64,000 nt of DNA from an uncultured delta proteobacterium (GTDB lineage: Bacteria; Desulfobacterota; RBG-13-43-22), in contig CAVQSS010000025.1 of assembly GCA_963716045.1 (NCBI GenBank), positions 102,304-166,303 on the forward strand. The letters run 5' to 3'. The notes beneath the pieces are model-generated. The model did no database searches, was not told the origin of the DNA, and saw nothing but the letters and a program-made list of their open reading frames with translations. Shown here piece after piece: positions 40,741-50,466 of this stretch. The position numbers and the translations under genes were made by a program. The stretch's first letter is position 1, and each line of letters begins with the position of its first letter.

Positions 40741-41673
40741 TTATTTCGGCAGGTATTTCTGCAAGTCCTCCAGATCGAGGCGCACTTTGGCGTAAGCCAG
40801 GGCGTTTTCAATGGCCCGGGTGCCTTGTTCGGCAAATTTCCGGAGCAGGTCCAGTTCCTCCCGACTGAAAGAACGGGACTGGGGACTGTACAGACGCAAG
40901 ATCCCCGAGATCGTATCCTGGACCATGAGCGGGTAGGAAAGGATCGTGGAAATTCCTTCCCGGCGAGCCTCCTCCGGGTACTGAAGGTAATTTTCAAACT
41001 GATCGGCCTGGACCACCACCGGTTCGCTGGACTTGAGTACCTCGGGCACGCTTTTTGTGGCGTCGATGATCCCCTTCTGCAGGTAGCCCTCGGAAAGCCC
41101 GAGAGAGGAAGCCAGTTGCAGGGTTTGGTTTTTTTTGTTGAGAATCAACAGCGAACTGCCTTTCACTTTAAAGAGGCGAACCACATTTTCATTGATGGAA
41201 TTCAGGATTTCCTTCAGTTCCAGACTGGACTGGATCGCTTTTTCGGCTTCGGAGTAGAGATCCTCCAGTTCCCTTTCCCGTCGAATTTTCTGGATTTTCT
41301 CCAGGGACCGGTCAACCACGGCCAGCAACTCGTCCGGGGTAAAGGGCTTGGGCAGGTAATCCAGGGAGCCCAGTTTCATCGATTCGACCGCGGAATCCAC
41401 GGTGGGAAATCCGGTAAACATCACCACGCCCATATCGGGATAATCCCGGGCGATGGTCTTGACCGCCTCCATCCCGCTTTTTTCAGGTATCATCAGATCG
41501 GTCAACACCAGATCGTAGGGGGTTTTTTTCAGCCGTTCCAGGGCTTCGTCTACCCGGAGGACCCCATCCACCCGATAGCCTTCCGCTTCGAGAATTCTGG
41601 AAATACTCTGGTGGACGATCATTTCATCGTCGATAACCAAGATCATGGCCTTTGGTTTTCCCTGGGCAGTCAT
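40741..41673 (-). CDS. Response regulator, receiver + GAF domain (paralog)
   Basis: ATG 41673 after AAGGAGG; MTAQGKPKAMILVIDDEMIVHQ...DLVLTDLMIPEKSG; GAF C-terminus. Confidence 0.8.
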   Translation of the reverse strand: MTAQGKPKAMILVIDDEMIVHQSISRILEAEGYRVDGVLRVDEALERLKKTPYDLVLTDLMIPEKSGMEAVKTIARDYPDMGVVMFTGFPTVDSAVESMKLGSLDYLPKPFTPDELLAVVDRSLEKIQKIRRERELEDLYSEAEKAIQSSLELKEILNSINENVVRLFKVKGSSLLILNKKNQTLQLASSLGLSEGYLQKGIIDATKSVPEVLKSSEPVVVQADQFENYLQYPEEARREGISTILSYPLMVQDTISGILRLYSPQSRSFSREELDLLRKFAEQGTRAIENALAYAKVRLDLEDLQKYLPK

Positions 41674-41762
41674 GCCAACCTCCTTAACTTGTGGAGCTTC
41701 GATCCCTAATGACATTTTCTATATCTAAAAGGCAACCCCTTTGTCAAACATAAAAACAGGCC

Positions 41763-42143
41763 TCAATAACCCAGCTCCCGAAGGCGGCCATCGGAAAAAC
41801 CGAAATGGTGGGCCACTTCATGGACCAGGGTTTTTTTTATTTGTTCCACCACATCCCGTCGGTTTCGGCATATCCGGAGGATCGGACGACGGAAAAGAAT
41901 GATTCGATGCGGCAGAATGGGCGGGGGGTTAAAGGCGCTCTGCTCGCCCCGGGGTACGCCCTGATAAAGGCCCAAAAGGTCCCCTGGGGAGCCGATCCCC
42001 AATTCATCCAACTCCTCCCGGTCGGCCTCTTCTTCCACAAAAACATCCACGTTTTCCAGGGCCTCCAGGAAATCATCCGGTATCTCCCTGATGGCCTGGG
42101 AGGTCATCTTTTCAAATTCATCCATGGAGAGGTTGAGGGGCAT
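41763..42143 (-). CDS. Small Zn-metallopeptidase-family protein (HExxH)
   Basis: ...TLVHEVAHHFGFSDGRLRELGY. Confidence 0.6.
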   Translation of the reverse strand: MPLNLSMDEFEKMTSQAIREIPDDFLEALENVDVFVEEEADREELDELGIGSPGDLLGLYQGVPRGEQSAFNPPPILPHRIILFRRPILRICRNRRDVVEQIKKTLVHEVAHHFGFSDGRLRELGY

Positions 42144-42163
42144 GGGTCGTCACTCAGTCTTTC

Positions 42164-42336
42164 GTAGGGGCGGGGTTCATCCCCGCCCGCAGCTTGGGAA
42201 TTGAGGATTCAGCTTTTTCCAGGAGCGTGTAATTTGCCCGGATGGCTGCGGGAGGGGATTAACGGCTCGACTGAGCCTTTCGGTAAACTCAAGGCCTTGA
42301 GCTTGTCGAAGGGCTCGCCGAAGTCCCCGCCCCTAC
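42164..42336. repeat. MITE-like element family B (GTAGGGGCGGGG ... CCCCGCCCCTAC termini)
   Basis: gtaggggcggggttcatccccgccc...gggaggggattaacggctcgactgagcctttcggtaaactcaaggccttgagcttgtcgaagggctcgccgaagtccccgcccctac. Confidence 0.7.
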
Positions 42337-42337
42337 A

Positions 42338-42400
42338 TTCTTCCATCTTCCATCTTCTATCTTCTCTCTTCTGTCCTCTGTCTTCTCTCTTCTCTCTTCA
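42338..42400. repeat. Polypyrimidine (CT-rich) low-complexity tract
   Basis: ttccatcttccatcttctatcttctctcttctgtcctctgtcttctctcttctctcttcac. Confidence 0.7.
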
Positions 42401-43699
42401 CTTGACCGGCTGATTAAAGTACCCCAGTTGCAGCCCGGGAAATTCCCTTTTTAAAACGGTCACCATATTCTTATGGCCCAGGGACGGAGACCTGGTAACG
42501 GGCAGCCCGCTGAGATAAAGCTCGGGGTCGATATTTAAATTTTTAAGATGCAGGAAATTCAGGCCGGTGCGCCGAATTAATTTTTGTAGGGCCTTTACCT
42601 CCGCCTCCTGGTCGGTGATGCCCGGGAAAACCAGGTAATTGACCATGGTAAACAGGCCCTGGTCCACCGCCGTTTTCAGAGAAGTGACCACCTCCTGAAA
42701 GGTATACCCCTGGGGCCGGTAATAGGCCTGGTAAAAAGAGGGACGGGCGCTGTTAAGGCTGATGCGGATGCTGTCCAGTCCGCTTTGGGCCAGCAGCCGA
42801 ACCCGCTCCGGCAGGCTGCCGTTGGTGTTCAGGTTGATGGTCCCTCGATCGGTCCGGCGACGGATCTCCCGAATACTGTCGGCAATCAGCCGGTATTCGG
42901 TTAAGGGCTCCCCTTCACAGCCCTGTCCAAAGCTGACTACCGCGTCCGGGGCCTGCTGAAGATGCCGCACGGCCAGGGAGACGATCTCTTGCCGATCCGG
43001 TTTAAAGCCGATGCGCTGATGGGAGGCGCTGCAGGCCTCTTTTCCCTGCAGGGAAAGACAGCCCAGGCAGCGGGCGTTGCAGCGGCGACTTACCGGCAGG
43101 GGGGCCTCCCAGCGGCCTAAAAAAAGGTTCTTGGCGGCGAAACAGTGGTTTTGAACCGCGCAGCCGACGAGGTGTTCCAGGAGAGGACCCGAAGTCTGTT
43201 TCTTTCGATAGCGCCGAATAGCCGGCATCAACTCCCGGTCATCGAAATTTCGCGGGTCCCACCGGAAGTTGGATTCAATCCGGAAGGCGGCGATCCGGTA
43301 GCGGCCCCGTTTGAAGCCCACCGCCGTATACCCCCAGAGGGGCAGGATCGCCTCCCGGTGCCGGTAGTCCGCCGCCGGCAAATGGCTGCGCACCAGCCCC
43401 GGTTCGGGAAAGGCCGCCACGGCGGAACAACCTACTCTTTCTCCCCCGACGACGATCTCGGAAACGATACCGTATTTTCCAGTCTCCGGGTCCAGGCCCA
43501 GGGGCGCACAACCCGGCAGGTAGAAGAGCTTGCTGAATTCCGGCATGGGGATCAGGTCATCCTTAGCGATGGGGGCCGGACGGCGCCCAAAAAACCCGGC
43601 CATTCGATAATAGGGGTGTTCATAGATCCGCCCCTGCTCATCGGCATAGAGCATCCGGGGGAGATCCCAAATCTCCGTGGAAGAAAGGTTCTTTTTCAT
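42398..43699 (-). CDS. Radical SAM protein with a ~200-aa N-terminal domain, function unknown; start uncertain
   Basis: CNARCLGC (Cx3Cx2C) ... GEPL...NTNGSL; possible ATG 43699 (MKKNLSSTEIWDL...), while the ORF is open to 43780. Confidence 0.65.
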   Translation of the reverse strand: MKKNLSSTEIWDLPRMLYADEQGRIYEHPYYRMAGFFGRRPAPIAKDDLIPMPEFSKLFYLPGCAPLGLDPETGKYGIVSEIVVGGERVGCSAVAAFPEPGLVRSHLPAADYRHREAILPLWGYTAVGFKRGRYRIAAFRIESNFRWDPRNFDDRELMPAIRRYRKKQTSGPLLEHLVGCAVQNHCFAAKNLFLGRWEAPLPVSRRCNARCLGCLSLQGKEACSASHQRIGFKPDRQEIVSLAVRHLQQAPDAVVSFGQGCEGEPLTEYRLIADSIREIRRRTDRGTINLNTNGSLPERVRLLAQSGLDSIRISLNSARPSFYQAYYRPQGYTFQEVVTSLKTAVDQGLFTMVNYLVFPGITDQEAEVKALQKLIRRTGLNFLHLKNLNIDPELYLSGLPVTRSPSLGHKNMVTVLKREFPGLQLGYFNQPVK

Positions 43700-43837
43700 C
43701 AACCGAATATGGGGTTGTCCGCGGAAACGGCTAAAATTTGACTCCCTTGACAAATATCCATGGAAAATATATCTTACCACATAAATGGAGATTTAGAAAA
43801 TGGGATTAAGTTGCGGGCCTCCAAAAATTGGACGATC

Positions 43838-44200
43838 ATGAAAAAGAGGATGTTTATTAGACGATGGGTGGCGGCAATTTTGTCGGTCGCGTTTATATCA
43901 GCCCCGGCCCTTGATTCTTTCGGCTGCCTGAACTGTCAGACAAGCGAACCAACACCGTTCCAGGTCAATAACAGGCTTCAACTTCCCCATGCCCCTTCCA
44001 TAGTGCCTTATGATAATAGCCAAACCGATAATCATGAAAGGGATAAGGCCCCTTGTCCCTTCTGTTTCTTAAATATGTTCGGCTTGGTTAATCCCTCCTC
44101 GTTTCAAACGTTGTTTCCATCAATATCCTTCCAAACGCAAGCCTTGCCTATTTTGCTTTCGCTCCATCCTTCTCCCATAGCCAAACCGCCTCAGATTTAA
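43838..44200 (+). CDS. Small secreted Cys-containing protein upstream of the HME-RND operon, hypothetical
   Basis: ATG 43838: MKKRMFIRRWVAAILSVAFISAPALDSFGCLNCQ...CPFC. Confidence 0.5.
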   Translation: MKKRMFIRRWVAAILSVAFISAPALDSFGCLNCQTSEPTPFQVNNRLQLPHAPSIVPYDNSQTDNHERDKAPCPFCFLNMFGLVNPSSFQTLFPSISFQTQALPILLSLHPSPIAKPPQI

Positions 44201-44333
44201 TTCTTTTTTTACTTTTTCCCAAAGCAATAGGGGGCTCGCCCAATCGAGCTGACGAATTTTTATCGTCGAGCGATACTTTCGGCGCCCCAACTTAAGCGTT
44301 CGTTAATTTCGTCTCTCAATCGAGGTGTAACTA

Positions 44334-45566
44334 ATGTTGAGAATATGGCTTTCTATTAGTCTATGCATAGGCTTTTTAGTCCCCAACGCCTATCCGTTAA
44401 CGGTGGAACAGGCGGTCATTCAAGCCCTCCAAAACAACCCGGATCTCCAGGTCCGGCGATTGGAAGTGGAGGTGGCCCAAAGTCAATTTGAAAAGGCAAA
44501 AATCCCGTTGATCTCCAATCCGGTTATGGAAAGCTTTTTGTCCGGTAAAGACCGGCCTTCGGAAGAAGGAGGGGGGAAGTACACCAATTACGGCTTGAAG
44601 CTTTCCCAGGAATTTGAAATTGCCGGGCAACGAGGGTTGAGGGTCACGATAGCTGAGAAGGGAATCGCCCGTCTTGCACTGGAAATCCAAGACAAGGAAA
44701 GGGTGCTGGCCTTCGAGGTCAAGGAGTCCTTCACCCGGGCGCTGGCGGCCAAAAAGAAAAAAGAATTGACCGGGCAGGTGGTGCAGTTGCAGGAAGATTT
44801 GCTGAATTTTACCAGAATGAAGTTTCAAGCGGGAGAGGCATCCGGTCTGGAAGTAAACCTGGCTGAAGTGGAGCTGAGCAAATCAAAAAGGGATCTCCTC
44901 TTAGCGGACCGGGAATACCTGGAAGCCTTGTTGGGGATACAAGCGCTGCAAGGTGGCCCACCCGACCAAACTCTAAACATCGAAGGGGACCTGGCCTCGG
45001 AGCCCCTTTACTTACCCGATCCGGGGGCCTTTAAAAAGCCGGCCCTTTCCGAACGGCCGGATATGAAAGCCGCCTCGTTGGAGGTGGATAAAACCAAGAC
45101 CGCCATGGATCTGGCCCAAAGAAGCACTGTTCCGAATATTGTGCTGGGCGGTTTTTATAACCGGGACGAAATGAGAAACGACCTGGGGCTTTCCCTGTCC
45201 ATTTCCATCCCCCTTTTCGACAGAAAACAGGCTGAAAAAAAAGAAGCCCAGGTCAGAGCGGCCCAGGCCAGGGTAACCCGCGCCGGTCTGGAAAGGGCCG
45301 TTGATCGGGAATTCGAGGAGGCTTACAACGCCCTGGATTCTTCCCAGAAGGAACTCTCCCTTTTTAAAAAGGAGATCCTGGCCAAATCTTTGGAAAACCT
45401 CGCCCTTTTGAATTTGGCCTATCGGGAAGGGAAGATCGGTTTTTTTGATGTGCGGGTGGCCCAGAAGGAAACGGTCGAAACGCAGTTCGCTTATCTCGAG
45501 ACCCTGTCCAGGGCTCACCGGGCCGTGAACATACTCGAAAAAGTTACTGGAGGGAACTTAAAATGA
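44334..45566 (+). CDS. TolC-family outer-membrane efflux protein (CzcC/CusC-like)
   Basis: 410 aa with duplicated OEP coiled-coil repeats. Confidence 0.85.
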   Translation: MLRIWLSISLCIGFLVPNAYPLTVEQAVIQALQNNPDLQVRRLEVEVAQSQFEKAKIPLISNPVMESFLSGKDRPSEEGGGKYTNYGLKLSQEFEIAGQRGLRVTIAEKGIARLALEIQDKERVLAFEVKESFTRALAAKKKKELTGQVVQLQEDLLNFTRMKFQAGEASGLEVNLAEVELSKSKRDLLLADREYLEALLGIQALQGGPPDQTLNIEGDLASEPLYLPDPGAFKKPALSERPDMKAASLEVDKTKTAMDLAQRSTVPNIVLGGFYNRDEMRNDLGLSLSISIPLFDRKQAEKKEAQVRAAQARVTRAGLERAVDREFEEAYNALDSSQKELSLFKKEILAKSLENLALLNLAYREGKIGFFDVRVAQKETVETQFAYLETLSRAHRAVNILEKVTGGNLK

Positions 45567-46801
45567 TACTGGCGAACGACATGATAAAAAAAGGGAAGTA
45601 CCTGGCCCTGCTGTTTTTTCTGATATCTGGGATTTTCTTTTCGGCGGGTTGTCAGAGAAACGATGGTCCGGTCAAGGAAAGGGCCGAGTCTCCGGAAGCG
45701 AAAACCAAGGGAGACCAAGGTAAAGACGAACACGATACGGTAATCCTTAGCGCTGAGAAGCAAAAGATGGCCGGCATTGAAGTGCGACCGCTAGCCCTTG
45801 AACCGGTTTCGGCCCCACTTTCCGCCACGGCGGTCATTGAGTTAAATGCCGACAAGGTGTCAAAGATTAGTTCCAGAGTATCGGGCAAAATCATCCGCTT
45901 GACGGTTTCCCAGGGTCAATGGGTAAGAGCCGGGCAACCGCTGGCCCAGATGGATACAGTCGACCTGGATCAGGCCTGGTCGGAGTATATCAAAGGAAAA
46001 AGTAAACAGGAACTGGCCGCCAAAACGCTGCAGCGGGAGGAAATCCTTTTTGCCAAGGGCGTATGTCCGGAGAAAGACGTCTTAAAAGCCAGGCAGGAAT
46101 TAAGCGAGGCCGAGGCGGACTTAACCCTGGCCAAGGAAAAATTCCGCCTCCTGGGAGTGGATGTAGCCAGGGTCGAATTACAGAAAAGCAACGGCCTGAA
46201 CGGCCATCCGTTGATTTCCATCTCCTCCCCCTTAAGCGGCGTGATTACGGAGAAGTCCGTGACCCAGGGAGAAATGGTCGGTCCGGAGAAAGTGTTGTTC
46301 ACCGTGGCCGATCTTTCCACCTTGTGGGTTTTAACTCATTTTTACGAGAAGGATATTCCGTTTCTTAAGGCCGGCATGGGGGTGAAGATTTCAGTGGCGG
46401 CCTTCCCCGACAGAGATTTTATGGGCGTCATCTCCTATATCAGCGACATCCTGGACGAAAAATCCCGCACGGTAACGGCCCGGGTGACCATCCCTAACGG
46501 CGGCGGTTTATTGAAGCCGGGCATGTTTGCCACCGTCCTGATAGACACTCGGACCTCGGAAAAGCAGAAGCTGCTGGCTCTGCCCGAGGAGGCCGTCATT
46601 ATCGACGGTTCGGCCCATTATGTTTTTGTGCAGTCAGATCCCGGGAAATTCAAAAAGACGGACATCAAGACCGGGAGAGCGTTGGGGAAGAAAGTGGAGA
46701 TCCTGGAGGGCCTGAAAGAAGGAGACCCGGTGGTCACCAAAGGGGCTTTTACGCTCAAATCGGAACTCAAAAAAGAAACCCTCCATGCGGATGAGCATTG
46801 A
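45563..46801 (+). CDS. RND efflux membrane-fusion protein (CzcB/CusB-like)
   Basis: HlyD-like architecture: lipoyl/hairpin/beta-barrel; overlaps the neighbouring genes by 4 nt. Confidence 0.85.
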   Translation: MILANDMIKKGKYLALLFFLISGIFFSAGCQRNDGPVKERAESPEAKTKGDQGKDEHDTVILSAEKQKMAGIEVRPLALEPVSAPLSATAVIELNADKVSKISSRVSGKIIRLTVSQGQWVRAGQPLAQMDTVDLDQAWSEYIKGKSKQELAAKTLQREEILFAKGVCPEKDVLKARQELSEAEADLTLAKEKFRLLGVDVARVELQKSNGLNGHPLISISSPLSGVITEKSVTQGEMVGPEKVLFTVADLSTLWVLTHFYEKDIPFLKAGMGVKISVAAFPDRDFMGVISYISDILDEKSRTVTARVTIPNGGGLLKPGMFATVLIDTRTSEKQKLLALPEEAVIIDGSAHYVFVQSDPGKFKKTDIKTGRALGKKVEILEGLKEGDPVVTKGAFTLKSELKKETLHADEH

Positions 46802-46812
46802 GGAGCATAGCC

Positions 46813-49800
46813 ATGTTAGAAAAAATCATCGCCTGGGTGCTCGGACGGAAAGGCACGATCCTGGTTTTCTCGTCGCTCCTCGTGGCCTTTGGGATCTACT
46901 CTTATAGTATACTTCCTATCGATGCCTTCCCCGATGTCACCAACATCCAGGTGGAAGTCATCAGCCACGCCAACGGACTTTCCGCGTTGGAGATCGAGCG
47001 TTCGGTGACCTATCCCATCGAAATGGCCATGCGCGGGCTTCCGGGAATTAAACAGATGCGCTCCGTGACCAAATTCGGCCTTTCCCTGGTCACCATTGTC
47101 TTTGAAGACAGTATCGATATTTACTTTGCCAGGCAACTGGTCTTCGAGCGGCTGGCCGAAGCCAGGGAGAATGTCCCCCAGGGCGTCAAGGTCGCCCTGG
47201 GGCCTATAGCGACGGCCATGGGCGAGATCTACCAGTTCACCCTCGATGGCCCAATACCCGCAGATCACCAAAAGAAAATCGAGTATTTGACGAACCTGCG
47301 AACGATCCAGGAATGGACAATCAACCCCCTGCTGAAAAGCGTTCCGGGGGTGAACGAAATAAACGCCTTCGGCGGTTATTTTAAACAATACCAGGCGATC
47401 GTTTCCCCCGACAAACTCCTGAAATACAACCTTGCCGTCGACCATGTTTACACGGCAATCGAGAAGAACAATCAAAATGCCGGCGGGAATGTAATCGAAA
47501 AATACGCAAATCAGTATATCGTCCGGGGCGTCGGACTCATCAAGAATACCGCCGACCTGGAAAATATCGTTCTCAAATCCTCCTCCGGCACTCCGACCTA
47601 TCTGAAAGACGTAGCCGAAATCCGGATCGGGGAAGCCATCCGTCACGGGGCCGCCATGATCAACGGCAAAGATGAGGCGGTCGGCGGCATTGTCATGATG
47701 CTGCGGGGAGAGAACAGCCGCGACGTGGTCGAACGGGTCAAAAAGAAGATCAAAGAAATCAACGAGAACAACATTCTCCCCAAGGGGATCCGGATACTGC
47801 CCTATTACGACCGATCCGATATTATCAAAGCCAGTGTGGCCACAGTCACCAAGGCGCTGGCCGAGGGGGCCATTCTGGTATTGATCGTACTTTATCTTTT
47901 ACTGCGAAGTTTTAGGGCTTCTCTGGTGGTATTGATCGCCCTGCCGCTTTCTTTGCTGTCCACCTTCATCGTCTTGAAGCTGGTCGGACTGAGCGCCAAC
48001 CTCATGTCTCTCGGCGGATTGGCGATTTCGATCGGCATGATCATCGACGCCACCATTATTCAGGTGGAGAATGTCCAGAGGCACCTGAGCGAGGACGGGC
48101 GAAACGCCAAAACCCTGGTTACCGTGCTCAAGGCCATCCTCGAAGTAAGAAAGCCGAGCATCCTCGGCGAATTGATCATTGCCATCACGTTTATTCCCAT
48201 CCTGGCTCTGGAAGGGATTGAAGGGAAGATGTTCGGGCCTCTGGCCCTGACTGTCGCCATTGCCCTCCTCTCCTCCCTGGTCCTTTCCATCTTTGTCATT
48301 CCGGTCTTGTGTTCCCTGATCCTGAAGTCGCAACCGGAAAAAGAGAGCCTCGTCATGAAACCCGTGAGGAAAATCTATCTGCCGGTGCTGCAGTACACCA
48401 TGAAAAAGAGAAAGCCGGTGTTGGCCACCGCCGGTGTTTTTTTACTCCTGTCCCTGGTCATTATTCCCCGGTTGGGAACGGAATTCATACCGATCATGGA
48501 TGAAGGGGCCTTCGATATGGATGTGTCGCTTCTACCCGGCGTCTCTTTGGATAAGGCCATGGAGATAAACCAGCTCGTGGGAGAAAAGTTAAAAACCTTC
48601 CCGGAACTACAAACGGTGGTTTCCCGAACGGGACAAACCGGGGTGGCCCTGGACACACGGGGAGTGGATAAAACCGGCTACGTGGGGGTTTTGAAACCCC
48701 GGCAGGAATGGAAAAGGGATCTCGACCGGGAGGAGTTGACCGGAAAAATGCGGGAGGCCCTGGAGGCCATACCCGGAATAGGGTTCGGTTTTAGTCAGCC
48801 CATCCAGTGCCGGATCGATGAACTGGTTGCCGGGACCCGGGCCCAGCTTATTGTAAGGCTTTTTGGCGAGGACCTGGAGCTGTTGCGGACGAAAGCCGAC
48901 GAAATAGCGCGGGTCCTCTCCAAAATCGAAGGCGCCACCGATTTGCTGACGGAAAAGGTGACCGGCCAGTTGTATCTTACCATCGAAATAGACCGGCCGA
49001 AAATCGCCCGTTATGGATTGAATGTCAGCGATATTCAAAACCTGGTGGAAATTGCCATTGCCGGCAAATCCGCCTCCCGGTTCTATGAGGAGAACAAGAG
49101 CTTTGATATTACCGTCCGCCTGCCGGAGGAAAACCGAAACTCCGTGGAGGCCATCGGGAATCTTCTAGTTGCGGCACCCGGTGGTCCGAATGTTCCTCTC
49201 AGTCAGTTGGCGAAAATCTCTCTTTCGGAGGGGCCGGCCCAGATCAGCAGGGAGGATGGCCTGCGGAGGATCGGCATCGAGCTGAACATAGCCGGAAGAG
49301 ACATCGGAAGCTTTGTGACGGAAGCGAAACGAAAGATAGCCGCAAAGGTGAAACTGCCTTCCGGATACTACCTGACCTGGGGAGGGCAGTTTGAAAATCA
49401 GCAGCGGGCCATGGCCAAGCTGATGATCATCGGACCGGTGGCTATCGGGCTGATTCTGCTGCTCCTTTTTGCGACCTTCCGATCCATAAAACCGGCATTG
49501 CTGGTGATCCTCAATCTGCCTTTTGCCCTGATCGGCGGCGTGTTCTCCCTGTGGATTTCCAGTCAATATCTGTCGGTTCCGGCCTCGGTCGGGTTTATCG
49601 TGCTCTTCGGGGTCGCAGTGTTGAACGGCGTCGTCCTGGTTTCCCGCATCTCCCAATTGCGCGAGGAAGAGGGGTTGGAGTTGACGGAAGCGATTCTGAA
49701 AGGCAGCGAGAACCGATTGCGCCCCGTGCTGATGACCGCCTTAATCGCCATATTCAGCCTGATGCCCATGCTGTACGCGGGAGGAGCGGGTTCGGAAATC

Positions 49801-49920
49801 CAGAAACCACTGGCTACCGTGGTGGTGGGAGGATTGGTGACTTCCACGATCCTGACGCTCCTGCTCATTCCCTCCATGTATGGCTGGTTTGAGAAGAAAA
49901 AAACCGAGACCGAGATGTAA
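46813..49920 (+). CDS. Heavy-metal efflux RND pump (CzcA/CusA family)
   Basis: ATG 46813 after GAGGAG; 1035 aa with 12 TM helices; MLEKIIAWVLGRKGTILVFSSLLVAFGIYSY...IQVEVISHANGLSALEIERSVTYPIE. Confidence 0.9.
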   Translation: MLEKIIAWVLGRKGTILVFSSLLVAFGIYSYSILPIDAFPDVTNIQVEVISHANGLSALEIERSVTYPIEMAMRGLPGIKQMRSVTKFGLSLVTIVFEDSIDIYFARQLVFERLAEARENVPQGVKVALGPIATAMGEIYQFTLDGPIPADHQKKIEYLTNLRTIQEWTINPLLKSVPGVNEINAFGGYFKQYQAIVSPDKLLKYNLAVDHVYTAIEKNNQNAGGNVIEKYANQYIVRGVGLIKNTADLENIVLKSSSGTPTYLKDVAEIRIGEAIRHGAAMINGKDEAVGGIVMMLRGENSRDVVERVKKKIKEINENNILPKGIRILPYYDRSDIIKASVATVTKALAEGAILVLIVLYLLLRSFRASLVVLIALPLSLLSTFIVLKLVGLSANLMSLGGLAISIGMIIDATIIQVENVQRHLSEDGRNAKTLVTVLKAILEVRKPSILGELIIAITFIPILALEGIEGKMFGPLALTVAIALLSSLVLSIFVIPVLCSLILKSQPEKESLVMKPVRKIYLPVLQYTMKKRKPVLATAGVFLLLSLVIIPRLGTEFIPIMDEGAFDMDVSLLPGVSLDKAMEINQLVGEKLKTFPELQTVVSRTGQTGVALDTRGVDKTGYVGVLKPRQEWKRDLDREELTGKMREALEAIPGIGFGFSQPIQCRIDELVAGTRAQLIVRLFGEDLELLRTKADEIARVLSKIEGATDLLTEKVTGQLYLTIEIDRPKIARYGLNVSDIQNLVEIAIAGKSASRFYEENKSFDITVRLPEENRNSVEAIGNLLVAAPGGPNVPLSQLAKISLSEGPAQISREDGLRRIGIELNIAGRDIGSFVTEAKRKIAAKVKLPSGYYLTWGGQFENQQRAMAKLMIIGPVAIGLILLLLFATFRSIKPALLVILNLPFALIGGVFSLWISSQYLSVPASVGFIVLFGVAVLNGVVLVSRISQLREEEGLELTEAILKGSENRLRPVLMTALIAIFSLMPMLYAGGAGSEIQKPLATVVVGGLVTSTILTLLLIPSMYGWFEKKKTETEM

Positions 49921-49973
49921 CGCTAGACCGGCGAATCCATTTTTCGCCCGACCGAAAGAAGGAGAGTTGAATC

Positions 49974-50351
49974 ATGATAAAAAGAATAACCTCTTTGTTA
50001 CTAATGGCCCTGATCGGGGTACTGGCCGGTTGCGGGCTGACCTCCAGGGAGATTCGGAACCGTTCCCTGAGTGAACGAACGGATGTTTTTGAGGAAGTTA
50101 CCGAGGGGAGACCCTTACCAGCGGGTTATGTTGATTTGGTAGTCCGGGCCTCCATCAAAACCCACCTGGAGGGGTATTATTTCCACGAATCCCAAGAAAC
50201 CTTTCATGGCCAGCCGGGATATCCCTTTTTGATCAATATAGACGGCCAAGCGAATATCTGGAAAATAGAGGGGCAGAAGGAATTAACCCCTAAATACGAT
50301 GAACACGGCCGGCGGGATGCGGAGGGGGGGAAGGCCAGAAATACATCCTAA
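49974..50351 (+). CDS. Putative lipoprotein
   Basis: GAAGGAGAG SD; signal peptide with lipobox LAGC. Confidence 0.6.
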   Translation: MIKRITSLLLMALIGVLAGCGLTSREIRNRSLSERTDVFEEVTEGRPLPAGYVDLVVRASIKTHLEGYYFHESQETFHGQPGYPFLINIDGQANIWKIEGQKELTPKYDEHGRRDAEGGKARNTS

Positions 50352-50466
50352 ATCAAAGGGAGCAATAAGAAGAATTTTTTGTACGGCCTATCAGGGGGTG
50401 AGCTATTTCTTAATGGGAAACTCATTGAATGAAAGGGCCTATGGATTGAAATAGGAATGGTTAGGC

